Assembly (NCBI GenBank): GCA_951406725.2
Contig: OX597815.1
Coordinates: forward strand, 109,616,001-109,680,000
Length of the DNA stretch: 64,000 nucleotides
Reading direction: 5' to 3'
Source of the DNA: Octopus vulgaris
Taxonomy: Eukaryota
A program made the translations under genes and the position numbers. This document shows positions 27,841 through 41,240 of the stretch, piece after piece (the first letter of the stretch is position 1; the number at the start of each line of letters is the position of its first letter). The notes beneath the pieces are model-generated. The model did no database searches. It saw only the letters and a list, made by a program, of their open reading frames with translations, and had not been told where the DNA came from.

Positions 27841-28171
27841 GATAAAAATGGTAAGACAACAAAAGAATGAAAGAGACCTCGATATTATGTAAATAGAGGA
27901 ATTTATCTGTAAATGTAATATGTGACAATTATTTGGTAGCCATGATATAACTCCGAGTTTCGGATGCTGAGGTGGAAATCCACGCCGCCATCTCTTCAGT
28001 TATCCCGCCATCGGAAAAAATGCTATGAAAAATGACCATTATATAAAGGGAAATTACTGTGTGATTGACTCATTAAGATAACTGAAGAGATGGCAGCGTG
28101 AATTTCCACCACGGCATTCGAACCTCGGAGTTTTATCATGGCTACAGAATAATTGTCACATATTACATTTA
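27841..28171. mobile_element. Short fold-back element, probably a Penelope pLTR derivative, with a hammerhead motif in each arm
   Basis: 95-bp arms at 27910-28004 and 28077-28171 with a 72-bp spacer, flanked by (TA)n. The outer 5' part recurs at 22505-22558. Confidence 0.75.
27944..28004 (-). ncRNA. Type-I hammerhead ribozyme-like motif (second, more damaged copy at 28077-28137, + strand)
   Basis: Minus strand reads GATAA-CTGAAGA-GATG...CATC-C-GAAAC-TCGGA-GTT-ATATC: intact CUGANGA and GAAA core, short stem III, GUU site. Stem I GATAA/TTATC is perfect in the + copy, but that copy has GAAA changed to GAAC. Confidence 0.6.
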
Positions 28172-28175
28172 TAGA

Positions 28176-28250
<75 letters not shown>

Positions 28251-28251
28251 A

Positions 28252-28322
<71 letters not shown>

Positions 28323-29619
28323 TAGATATAGATATATAAAGTGTATGTGAGTTTGTTTGGGACAGATAAAGGAGGACAAATAAGCAATGGGTGTAGATCT
28401 TTCATAGTTTATTTATCCAGGTAAAAATAAAGAATTTACGAAATATCTTACTCCGAACTTCTCGAGAGCAAATATGCAGCAGAGATTTCAAAAATATTCT
28501 AGCATTTTTACGGAATTTCCTTTCCTTTTCACTTTTTTTAGGCTCTCTATTTTTTGGTCTTTTTCTCTCTCTTTTTTTTTTTTTTTGCTTTGTTTTCGAC
28601 CAGGAGGAGAATTGTAAATTACTCTGAGATTGGTCTGTCTCCTTCAAAGAGACTTATTCTAAATTGTCCTACGGAATGCCAAATTATAAATTTCATTAGG
28701 AGGAACGTATTGTTATTGTTGTTGCCGCAATTGTTGTTGTCGTTGTTGTCGTAGCGCGCGTGTGCGTGCGTATGTGTGTATGTTGTGAGTGGTGTCTGCT
28801 CTTTGACATCAATTACTATCTTCTATTGTCAGGTTCTGGTCAGATTGTTGCAGGATGCTATCACTTTCTCACCAAACAGAATCTATACATTGTTTATCGT
28901 TTGATGTATAAGGAGTGGGTGTGGTGAAGAGTTACACATTCGATTAGTTTATGAAATAGCTGATGATGTCACTGTCCCTAATAAGCTCAATAACGTATTT
29001 GTCTAATTCTACTGTTTTGCGTTTCGAAATTAGAATATTTTTGCGGGCCATATTTTTGAAATTTGTTTCCTTTAGCCTGATTTAACTCACATAACGCCTA
29101 TTGCTAGTTATTATGTTAAATTCTAGAATAACGTTTATCTTCGGGTTAATAATTACCTTAGGGAATATATTCGTCATTTGTTTTGTTATAGAAGCCAGAT
29201 TTGAGTGAAATTGGTAAAAAAATCAGCTAGGCTTATTTTGTATTTGTTATTCATAACGTAAAGATACTTAATGTGTTAATATTGTTACGAAAATAATTTC
29301 GTTTTCTCCTTTTTTATTTCGAAAAACATACACCTTCTTTTCATTCATTCAGGGTCATGAAAAGTCTCCTGTTATCATTTTACGTCTTGGAACTAAAGTT
29401 TAATGTCTGTCATAAAAAAAAAATAATAAAGTAGCGTTATTAAGCTTTGTTGCAGTTAACAATTATTACACTTAACTGAACCTAATAAAAATAGCATGCA
29501 CTTAAACAACGATTGCATTTTAACTGCTGCAGTTGAAGATCATTAACCTTCATAATCTTAGCCATTGATGTGCTGTTGCATCCATTGTTGTTGAAGTAAT
29601 GCTATTACACATAAAGTAC

Positions 29620-30250
29620 TACCACCTCATTGCCATTATCACTATCACCAATACCAACACGATGATAACACTTCGACAGCGACCTCAGTCATATACATCG
29701 CAACCACCCCAACCACCACCATCACCACCACCATCCCACCACCACCACCACCCCACCATCACCACCACCACTACTACCACCATCGACATCACTATCACCA
29801 CCATCACTACCATCATTGCAACCAAGAACATCTTTGCTATTACCAACGATAACAACGACACCACAAACGCTACTACCAAAACTACAACCAAAGCCACTGA
29901 CATCACAACAAAGACTACCACCACCACAATCACCACAACAATTAATGACGCTATATGCACTCTACCAACATCAATACCTCCACTGTATCACCACTACCAA
30001 TAACACTAATAACACTATGAGTACCAACACCAGCACCAAGTTACTCCCATCTACAGAACAACGAAAACAACCGACATCACAAACATGTCCACCATCACCA
30101 CCACCACCAACACTACCACTACCATCACCATCACCACCACCACCATGAACAATAAAAATAGCAACGTCGACGACAATTTGAAACACTACAACACCAGCAC
30201 CTGCAGTAGCGCTGCCACCACCACCACCACCAATACCGCCACCAACAAGA
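29620..30250 (+). repeat. Degenerate (ACC)/(ACA)/(ATC) trinucleotide low-complexity tract
   Basis: Directly visible; frames are broken by stops and shifts. Confidence 0.85.
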
Positions 30251-30646
30251 TCACGAAGAGCAGACACACAATGACTATCCCAACCGCCTGTAACAACAAT
30301 ACATTTATTACTGCACTCAATAAATGTTTGTTCAAACAAAAGCCAAACATATATAATGTCCATTATATTAGGCACACGTTTAAATTACATCATTAGATCG
30401 AAAGTTGACAATTGTTCAGTATAACAAAAAAATTAGTTTTTAACTTTAGATCAGCTTTAATGTTTCCCCGCCCATTTTCTATTGGAAGCACTGTACATAC
30501 TGTCCAGCCAATGTGTGTGCTTTTCGAAGGGAAGTTTTAAAACATTCAATACCATTGTCTGAAAGAAAAAAAAGCGGTTCCTGTTCATACCATCCTGAGC
30601 ATTAATTGTGACATATTGTTAATGTAGAGACCACTATACGCATAAG

Positions 30647-31503
<857 letters not shown>

Positions 31504-31616
31504 TGTCTATGTGTTTGTCACAACTTGATGACTGGTATTTGTGTGTTCACGTCCCGGTAACTTAGCGATGGAATTTGAACTCAGAATGTAAAGATGTACG
31601 TACAGCATTTTCTCCG

Positions 31617-32277
31617 GCGGGCCGCGAAATTTTTTTCCCACGAGAGTTCCGGTCTCCAGTAATGAACTTATTTGCGTATAGCCAATCAGAGCTCACCTTG
31701 AAAATCTACATACTGTGTACTACTACAGTACAGCCAATCAGGCATAGAATGGTGTAAGTCATTCTGTGAGTAAAGCATAGCAGGTCTCACACAAGCACCA
31801 CATTCCCCACTCACAACATCCTCATATATCAGTTTAGCAACATCTCTATATGGTGCTAATATTAGGTACCTACGCTCAGACTGAGATTAGTGGTACTGCA
31901 TGTATCCTTTGATATATGAAGGGAAGGCACAATACGACACAACGCCACATTGATTACGATGTTTCCAGATCAACACCAACATTTAAAATTAGGAATGTAC
32001 AATATCAGTCAAAAAATTTACATTTTCTAGTAAATTACGCAAATTGACCACACTTATGGCATCATCGGTGAGCAGCTCTTCATTCACTTTATACACTAAA
32101 TTTCACATTTGTCACCCCTATTAACCCCTTAAGAACAGTTAGATTTTGATATAACGCACATTTTCGACTGAACGCAACCAGAGTATTTTCGTAACTAGGT
32201 GGACTCTAGCTTGATAGTTGAGCTCTGATTGGCTGTATGTCCGGAAATCACGTGGGAAAAATTTTGCCGGTGGGCCA
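31617..32277. mobile_element. Decayed inverted-repeat element (MITE-like) with CCAAT-containing subterminal repeats
   Basis: AAATTTTTTTCCCACGAGAGTTCCGG..TATAGCCAATCAGAGCTCA versus TGAGCTCTGATTGGCTGTATGTCCGGAAATCACGTGGGAAAATTTT. No target-site duplication identified. Confidence 0.6.
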
Positions 32278-32410
32278 ACGATCCTGCCAGCTCGCTGCAT
32301 AACCTACTACTGTACATATTAACTGTTAAAAGCATGATAATTGGATTCCTTCGGAGAGCATTCAGTTTTCGAAGATTTTTGCTTAGCAGATTCAAGTGAC
32401 AAGAAACTAG

Positions 32411-32685
32411 ATGAGTGGCTTAGTTGTTAGTGTGTTTCACTCACTATCACAATACCGTTGCTTCAATTCCCAGAATGAAGGGGCGCTGTGTTCTTGTGTA
32501 AGGCACTTCACTTCACATTATTCCAGTCCACTCAGCTGTCAATTGGTAACACAGCAACGGACTGGCGATCCGTACTGGTGAAATGTTGACCTGCTTGACT
32601 AGCCAGAGGCGTGGCATAATTCAGGAGTAACAACAATGACGACAAGCGCATTGTGACCAGTGGTGTACAACAACAACAGCATTCT
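32411..32685 (+). mobile_element. Decayed tRNA-derived SINE with a different body but the same 3' tail as the 6283 SINE
   Basis: A-box-like GTGGCTTAGTTGTTAG and B-box-like GCTTCAATTCC. Tail CCTGCTTGACTAGCCAG..GTGGC..AACAATG..AAGCGCATTGTGACCAG matches 6480-6547. Confidence 0.65.
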
Positions 32686-32838
32686 CTACTGTGATGCGGT
32701 AATACATGCATTTATAATTTTTGAAACGCACGTACACACACGTGTACACACGCATGCACACACTCACACACGTAATAATCCATACATACATTCATACACA
32801 CATACATAGTACAAGTATAAATGTGTGTGTATGAGTAA

Positions 32839-32901
<63 letters not shown>

Positions 32902-32919
32902 GAGTGTGTGTGTGTGTAG

Positions 32920-33140
<221 letters not shown>

Positions 33141-33771
33141 TGAATTCTTTGCTGATACATGGCTATATGGCTATGAGTAGTTGATGCCTTCGACAATGTG
33201 AACATACCGACAGTACTTTATTGCCTTAGTGCAAAACAATTAATAAAACGGTCCAATAAAATAGTAAAAAAAAAAAAAATTATATAGTAATAATGAGAAA
33301 GTGTTGCGGTGCAATGCGTATGTATATAATTACTTCGACAACTCATTTCCGTATGTTAATTTCAAATTCTATATTTATATTGATTTCGACCATTTTTAGC
33401 CTCTTGCAAAGTTATTTGCATACCAAATTTTACATATTAGTGGTTTTGATAATTCAACCGTCTCCACACAAAATAGGTTCAACCGTCTCCATACAAAATA
33501 TGTTTCCCGTCTCCGGTATACATACATACATACATACATACATACATACATACATACATACATACATACATACATACATAAGTATATGGGATCATCGAGT
33601 CGGTCATGGCGCGATTGCCTCCCCCGTCGGCATGTGCGCAAGGATTTTGCACTTCTCCTACACGATTAAGAGTATTTTAACTCTTATTTTTAGCAATGTA
33701 GGTGCTTCAGTATCCTTAGTCACACTTACTGACGATTGAAGTTTTCTTATATCATGTCACATTGCGTCTGG

Positions 33772-33809
<38 letters not shown>

Positions 33810-33960
33810 CTCGAAATGCGGAGTAGATAGACAGCCGACAACTGAAGAAGAGTCATTCTTCGTATTACTTGTCCTTTTTTTCTCTCGTTATTTGCGTATT
33901 TAACTCATTTGTTCTCGTATTACATGTTGTTCACTGTTGGTGACGTCCTGTACCCATATA

Positions 33961-34042
<82 letters not shown>

Positions 34043-35516
34043 CAGTAGCGGCCATAATATAAGGGTCAGTAAGAACAAGTGTTTGAAATATTTATTATAG
34101 AAGATTAACTAAATGTTGAGACTAGATATTTTACACATATTTAGATATATCTAAAAATCTATCTTTTGTGAAACTTTGAAGTGAATGGAATAAATATTTC
34201 GTAAGTTATGAGGAAATAAACAAATAATCTTCTAAACTGCATCGGCTAAATGTTAAATGTCACTAAGAAAAACAATGAAAAATTGAACAAGAACAAAAAA
34301 GATTCATATTGATATTTTGTGATTATTCCTTTACTATCACTGACCTCCTGACTGAATTAATTTCTTGCAAAATGATGGAGTAATATTTTTCCATTTGTTT
34401 TTCAATAATTCCCAGAGTTCATCTTGGTTCTCTGGATTTCTTCTTAGCGCCTCATCTCCAATAATCTTTCAAACGTTTTCTATGGGGTTGATATCGGGAG
34501 TTTGAGGTGGCCAGTCTATGAGATCAACCTCTTCATCACTCAAAAAAATCTTTGACTCTCTTCGCATTGTGATAGGGAGCGTTGTCCTGCACAAAGATGA
34601 TTTGAACTGACGAGGATCGGAAATGTGGAAGGGCATGCTGTGTAAGAATCTGCTTGTAGACGAATAAGAGGATAAGGACCAACAGCAGAGATTGGTCCCC
34701 ATACTATTACACTGCTTCCTTCATATTTCACTGTCTCCTTCACACATGGACGAGATAACCTTTCGTCACTTCCTCGTCGGACGTACATCCACTATCGGAA
34801 CCAATCACCTGCGACCACTGTTCTTCTGTCCAAACGACATGTTCGTGAGCGAAACGAAGACGGGATCTTTGATTCTTCTTGGAGAAATCAGAGGTTTCTT
34901 TGCCGGTTTCCGAGCAGCAGCCCAGAACCTTGTAGCCTCCGAGAAACTGTTCTGCGCGATATGTTGACATCGGAGGTGGAGCTAACCATAGTACGATCCT
35001 GTTTTGGCGAAGCTTTATGAAATCTACCGGTTTGGGGTTTAGCATCTGTCGATCCTGATGTCTTAAAACGAGCTACAATACATTGTCCAATACTTCTAGA
35101 CCTTCCTACAGTACTTGTTATCACAGACTTTGACTTGCTCACTTGGTGGAGGCACGCAATCCTTTGTTTTTCATCACAGGACACCGGTCGTCTCACACAA
35201 GCCGCTATGTTGACAGTTGAATGTTCAAATAATAGAAGTTCATAAGAAGTAACTGTTAACCCATTTACAAATACCTCAGTTAGTAATTCATCTTTTCTAA
35301 GTGACCCTTAACTTTCGACCGCTGCAATTTGAAAGATTGTTTATTTCCTCACAACTTACGAGATATTTATTCCATTCACTTGAAATTTTCATAAAAGATA
35401 GATATTAGATACATCTAATATGTGTAAAATATCTAGTCTCAATGTGTTGTTAATTTTCCATGATAACTGTTTGAATACACTTCTTCTTACAGACCGTAAA
35501 ATTATGGCTGCTACTG
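34043..35516 (-). mobile_element. Tc1-like (DD34E) transposon with long (~230 bp) IR-DR terminal inverted repeats, decayed
   Basis: TA-CAGTAGCGGCCATAAT... at 34043 and ...ATTATGGCTGCTACTG-TA at 35516. Inverted similarity continues inward to ~34271 and ~35292. Inserted in a (TA)n array. Confidence 0.92.
34310..35196 (-). pseudogene. Tc1 transposase pseudogene with deletions and frameshifts
   Basis: Fragments: IVARFKTSGSTDAKPQTGR (GRPR-like), RLRFAHEHVVWTEEQWSQV, ETVKYEGSSVIVWG, QDNAPYH...DWPPQTPDINPIENV (D34E after correcting one frameshift). The first catalytic FSDE motif appears deleted. Confidence 0.9.
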
Positions 35517-35700
35517 TATATATATATATTATATTATATTATATTATATTATATTATATTGTATTATATTATATTATATTATACATATGTATGCATGCAT
35601 ATATTACTGTTAGTTTTTACGTCCATTTCTAATGAAAAGCAAATGTACAATTATCTGATGGGTTACTTTATACTTTTGGCCAGCTAAGCTATCATCGGGT

Positions 35701-35747
35701 AGCAGTTTGACAATGGCCTTGCTAGTCGAAACTTCGAAGTCACTACT
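35701..35747 (+). ncRNA. Degenerate type-I hammerhead ribozyme motif
   Basis: AGCAGT-TTGACAA-TGGCCTTGCTAGTC-GAAAC-TTCGAA-GTC-ACTACT: stem I AGCAGT/ACTACT (1 mismatch), core two substitutions from CUGANGA, palindromic stem III ACTTCGAAGT, GUC site. Confidence 0.5.
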
Positions 35748-36159
35748 TGTTTAAGGTTAAAAAAAATATATATATTTGAATGTATGTTTTTGTGTAACTA
35801 TATTCTTCCTTTGGGGAAGGACTTGGTTTCTAGCAAAGATATGAAGCTGTATTATTGGAATGTGTGTATGTGTATATGATAGACCTGACCTCACGCTTCT
35901 CATAATTTAGTTCTATCTCTAACCACTTTGAAGAAAATATAATTAGTTATAAATAGAAATATTTCTGGTTGATCATGAATAAAATCAAAATTTACGTTCA
36001 GTTAACGAGTACTTTTCTTTCCGGATGTTACTACATATGTACGTATGTATGTATGTATGTATGTATGTATGTATGTATGTATGTATGTATGTATGTATGT
36101 ATGTATGTATGTATGTATGTATGTATGTATGTTTATATATATGTATATATATATATATG

Positions 36160-36300
36160 TATGTGTGTTTACATCACCGTAAATTAGCGGTTCGGCAAAA
36201 GAGACAGATAGAATAAGTAATAAGCTTACAAAGAATAAGTCCTGGGATCGATTTGTTCCAGCATGGCCGCAGTCAAATGACCGAAACAAGTAAAAGAATA
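36160..36300 (+). mobile_element. Family-B SINE 3' half
   Basis: TTAGCGGTTCGGCAAAAGAGAC.GATAGAATAAGTA...CAGCATGGCCGCAGTCAAATGAC aligns to ~61100-61240. Confidence 0.8.
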
Positions 36301-36344
36301 TATACATTTATATGCATATATATAGTAAAATTTTCTCATATATG

Positions 36345-36399
<55 letters not shown>

Positions 36400-36427
36400 T
36401 TGTGCACGCGCGCGTGTGTGCGTGTGT

Positions 36428-36485
<58 letters not shown>

Positions 36486-37209
36486 TACATATGTATATAG
36501 ACGCGTAATGTATACATATTACATATGTATGTATTTATTTACCCACGACTTTTATATGTACAAATATATACACATATAGATGTACAGACACGTTATATAA
36601 GACTGGCAGGCAATTCTTTGTATAGACCCTAAAGGCTGATAATTCACGAAGATGACTAACATCACATCACACTCTGCAAACAATTTATGTATGCTTACAT
36701 TGAAGTGAAATAAATAAATAAAAGAAATAAATATTATTAGAAGCAGTACATAAACTGTGCAATAATGTACAAATTTGTATATAAAATTGCTTATTCAGGG
36801 CAATATCGAAAACAGCCATTCGTTTCAAAATGGAGGTTTTGCAATTAGAGTTAAGATAGAAAAGGTTGGGTCGGATAGACAGTGCTGTGATAGGCGTTTT
36901 AGAACAATCTATATGCTGCGGCTTTGATCTGGTTTCTTCACTCTAAACAAATAGCCAAAGCTTTATCTTTTGTTCCAGATTTTCATTCCTAATAATTTCG
37001 ATAAATTGTATAGTTTTATTTCTGATTTTAGAAAAGTAAATGAAAAAAGGAAAAAAAATAAATAAGCACGCGGAAAAAATAAAAAAAAATGGTATAGTCG
37101 AAAGTAAGAATCAAAAGAAATGTTTCCTTGGTTTTAGGCAATGTTAAAGCAGAACCCGCCATAACTATCACCCCACCTTCATCTTTACCACTGTCAACAT
37201 CACTCTAAA

Positions 37210-37596
<387 letters not shown>

Positions 37597-37749
37597 CATG
37601 GTGCTTATTCTTCTCATCCCCCTCAGCACCATTATCAACATTTCTTCCTTCCATTTCTTCTTCTTCATCCTTCATTTTGTTTTGTTGTGTGTGTGATAAA
37701 ATTGTAACCATGAGAGGTAAAGAGTACATACATGACAATTTACACATGT

Positions 37750-37815
<66 letters not shown>

Positions 37816-37886
37816 GTATATACATATCTGTATATAATATAGATATATTATAATAAAAAATATAAATATAATATGAAGATATATAG

Positions 37887-37968
<82 letters not shown>

Positions 37969-39032
37969 TGTATGAATGTATGTACATAGAAGTAAAATAG
38001 AAAGCAAAAATTTATAGAAAAAAATAATAATTAAGAAAAATAACATGCAAACAACTTATAAAAACTATGAATAAATTTCAAGAAAAGGATAAAGAATAAA
38101 AGAAAAGTAAGCAAATATCCGTTTTTATTTTTTCTTGTCGAAAGAGAGATAACGATAATAATACAGGCGATAAATAAATAAATGAATAAATGAAAGCTGT
38201 AGATGAATCAAATAAAATTATCCCATTGGGATACTATAAGTAATTACACAATTTTATTCATACGACTGGCAATTTTGTAAAGTGGTTCGCCACCAGGGTT
38301 TCAAATATGGCGGCTCTAGAAAGCCGAACAGAGCGCCGTAAACGAGTGGAAAAATAGGATTGTTGAAATTGGAATGTGCTAGTGGTGATGGTGATGTTAG
38401 TGATGTTGGAAAAGCATCGAAAAGCTTGAAAGGTGGATGTAGCGTGAGTGGTAGGGTTTAGGTTATCAGGGCGGATGTGTAAATTTGTGGATGTGTGAGA
38501 AATGATGTTGTGAAAAGATAGTGAGAAAGCAATAGCTGGAAGATGGTATGTGTTTAAATGGTGAAGGTGAATGTCATGACGATTTTTGTAAAATAGAAAT
38601 TGAAAAGAGAAAGAAAAAGAAAAAAGAAAATGAGGGAAAATGCGTCTAAAAAAACACATTAAAAATGTGAGTGAAGAGAATGAAAATACGAAAGTATGAG
38701 GTAATCGACAAAACAGATTAAGAAGGATAACTGACAGAAAAGAAAGTCTTTACAAAATTATAAGTAATCAAAGAATCATTAAATAATCTATAGATAATGT
38801 GAACATATACGTATATTTAGAAATATTTGAACTTTGTGACTTGATGTGCTAAAATATTTAGTGAGAACATTCCTAGACTTTTGGTTTTGGATTTGAATTC
38901 GTCGTTTCTTATTTGCGTATGTATGTCTCTCTATCTATCTGTCAATCTCTCTCTCTCTCTCTCTCTCTCTCCCTCTACAGGGTGGCCCAAAAGTAGGTTT
39001 ACACTTATCCAACTATCTCTTTCACATTCATA

Positions 39033-40328
39033 CGAGGGGCGTTCAATAAGTAATGCCCCTGACCCTCGTCCCATAGCAGTAGAGCAACGAAACTTGGCAC
39101 AGTTATTAGACTTTTTCTACATAGGAACCACCCAGAGATACGCATTTCTCCCATCGTTTGATGCAGCTCTGGAGACCGTTTTTGAAGAAGACCCCAGCTT
39201 GGTCCTCCAACCACAACATGACTTCAGAAATCAAGGCTGCCTTATTTGGGAAACGCTTTCCTTTCAAAAACAACTTCATGGCTGGAAAGAGGTGAAAATC
39301 AGAGGGTGCAAGGTCAGGAGGGTAGGGGGGATGGGGAGGAGTTCATAGCCGCACGCCTGTGCTTCTGATCTGGCGACACACAAGTTGTGGACCGGAGCGT
39401 TGTCCTGCAGGAGGAGGATGCCTTTGCTGATCTTACCCCGCCTCTTGATTTTGATAGCTTCTCTTAATTTCCTCAAAAGTGAAGCATAATAGCCTCATGT
39501 AATTGTGGTACCCTTTGCCAGGAAATCTGTCATCACTACTCCGTCCTGGTCCCAGAAAACTGTGAGCATGACCTTGCCAGCGGAGGGCTGCACCCTTGCC
39601 TTCTTTGGAGGAGGTGAGTCACGGTGCTTCCACTGCATTGACTGGGCTTTGGTGTCTGGATCATAGTGATGGACCCAAGTTTCATCCTGTGTAATCAGTC
39701 TTTTGAAAAATTTTGACTCATCTTCTTGGCACATCTGCAAATTCATCCTCGAGCACTCGACGCGTTCTTGCTTCTGGAAAGGTGTGAGCAACCTGGGAAT
39801 CCATCTGGCAGACACCTTTTGCATATGCAAATGGTCATGAATGATAGTTTCCACAGACCCGGTACTAATCTTGACCTCATGGGCTATTTGGCGAATAGTT
39901 ATGCGTCGATCTTCCAAAATGTCAGCCTCAACTTGACGGACAGATGCCTCATCAATGGCAGAAGCGGGTGACCAGATCTGGGAGCTGTTTCCACAGAGTT
40001 CCGACCATGTTTGATTTCACGATGCCAGTGTTTTACAAGGTCATATGATGGGGCATCATCACCATAAGTTACTTTTATTTCATCAAAAGTCTCCCGTGGT
40101 GTGCGTTCTTTCAAATACAAAAACCGGATCACTGCTCGACACTCAACAGGCTCCATTTCACACTTGACTCAGTTCAAACACCTGTAAATCAGAAACCACA
40201 GTTAGTTCAGAGCTGTAATTTGCCACTTAATCTATAGAGATATAAATAATTGAATTGCACATGCAAAATTTCAGCTAGATCAAACAACCGCAAGTGGGTC
40301 AGGGACATTACTTATTGAACGTCCCTCG
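39033..40328 (-). mobile_element. Mariner (DD34D) DNA transposon, near full length (~1.3 kb), irritans/Himar1-like
   Basis: Left TIR CGAGGGGCGTTCAATAAGTAATGCCCCTGACCC (39033) matches the reverse complement of GGGTCAGGGACATTACTTATTGAACGTCCCTCG (ending 40328). TA flanks both ends, and the element contains a transposase. Confidence 0.95.
39106..40156 (-). pseudogene. Mariner transposase pseudogene (~350 aa; frameshifts and an in-frame stop)
   Basis: Motifs across frames: MEPVECRAVIRFLY (HTH), WIPRLL, ITQDETW, SAGKVMLTVFWD, LLQDNAPVH...PHPPYPPDLAPSDFHLF (34 residues between the 2nd and 3rd D), RWEKCV..GGSYVEK*. TGA at 39495; frameshifts near 39965 and 39335. Confidence 0.95.
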
Positions 40329-40448
40329 TATATTAACAATTATTCTATGCTAATTTAGTGAATTGTAAGATGGAAATTTAAATATAAAATGTTTTAAAAG
40401 AAATTTAAAGTGCCTATGTGATAACTGTAAACCTACTTTTGGGCCACC

Positions 40449-40496
<48 letters not shown>

Positions 40497-40503
<7 letters not shown>

Positions 40504-40990
40504 GAAACTTCCTGATACGTACCATTTGGTAAATGAAGAAGTTTGATGTTGCTCCCAACATCTGCGTTTCTTGTTGCGAGGTAGATTTATCCCAAACTCT
40601 TGACATGAGGAGATCTAGTTTCGTTCCGAAAACACCGACATCCATCTCCCGTAGGTTTCTCAGGCTTTGTGGGAGGTTACTGAAAAGCTGTAAGCCCTTG
40701 AAACTCAAGCTGCAGCAGTAAAGTCTAGCACAAGTTCTTCATGTTTTTTCAGATGTATATCACTGCATATCTTTCCCACCTTCGTTCTTGGCAGTAGAGT
40801 CTTAACTTTTCCAGTGTTTTCCAGTAACTGACATGCCACATTGACACAATCTTCTTCATGTAGCTTTGCTAAATTGTTTCGAGTTCCACCATTAATTTTA
40901 CACTATATGGTAATCATAGTTGAGAACATTAGTCTAAATGGCTGGGGACAAATGTCCTTCAGAGGGCCATCATGGTTTCCTGTTCTCTTG
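40497..40990 (-). mobile_element. 3' fragment of a CR1/L2-group LINE
   Basis: Minus-strand remnants TMMAL*RTFVPSHLD*CSQL and SLSFKGLQLFSNLPQSLRNL...VFGTKLDLLMSRVWDK, resembling the post-RT C-terminus of CR1-like ORF2 (LDYCSQLWSP...GP.LFN.LP..LR.L..FK.KLD.FL..VPD). Confidence 0.75.
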
Positions 40991-41240
40991 TGATCATTTT
41001 GAGGCCACTCATAAATGTACACGCATATATGTATATATGTATATGTATATATATTAATATGTGTGTGTGTCTATGTGTGTGCGCGTGTGCACGCACGTGT
41101 ATATATATATATATATATGTATATGTGCACATATATGTATATACATGTATATAAGTATATATGTGTGTGTGTGTTGGTATATATATATATATATATAAAC
41201 GTGTGTGTGTGTGTGTGTATGTATATGTTTATATATATAT

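Larger units (their letters stand above)
38978..40451. mobile_element. ~175-bp non-autonomous Tc1/mariner-superfamily MITE interrupted by the mariner
   Basis: Perfect TIRs CAGGGTGGCCCAAAAGTAGGTTTACA (38978) and TGTAAACCTACTTTTGGGCCACCCTG (ending 40451), both TA-flanked. Only ~55 bp plus ~120 bp lie outside the nested mariner. Confidence 0.88.

Noticed and set aside
29599-30396. Thr/His/Pro-rich mucin-like ORFs
   Set aside because: Degenerate (ACC)n tract with frame changes and stops; no signal peptide or splice support.
33805-33960. Repeat fragment with CTGAAGA (shares ATAGACAGCCGACA with the minus strand of 39-52)
   Set aside because: Probably a dispersed repeat, but the hammerhead elements are not in a foldable order, so no ribozyme is called.
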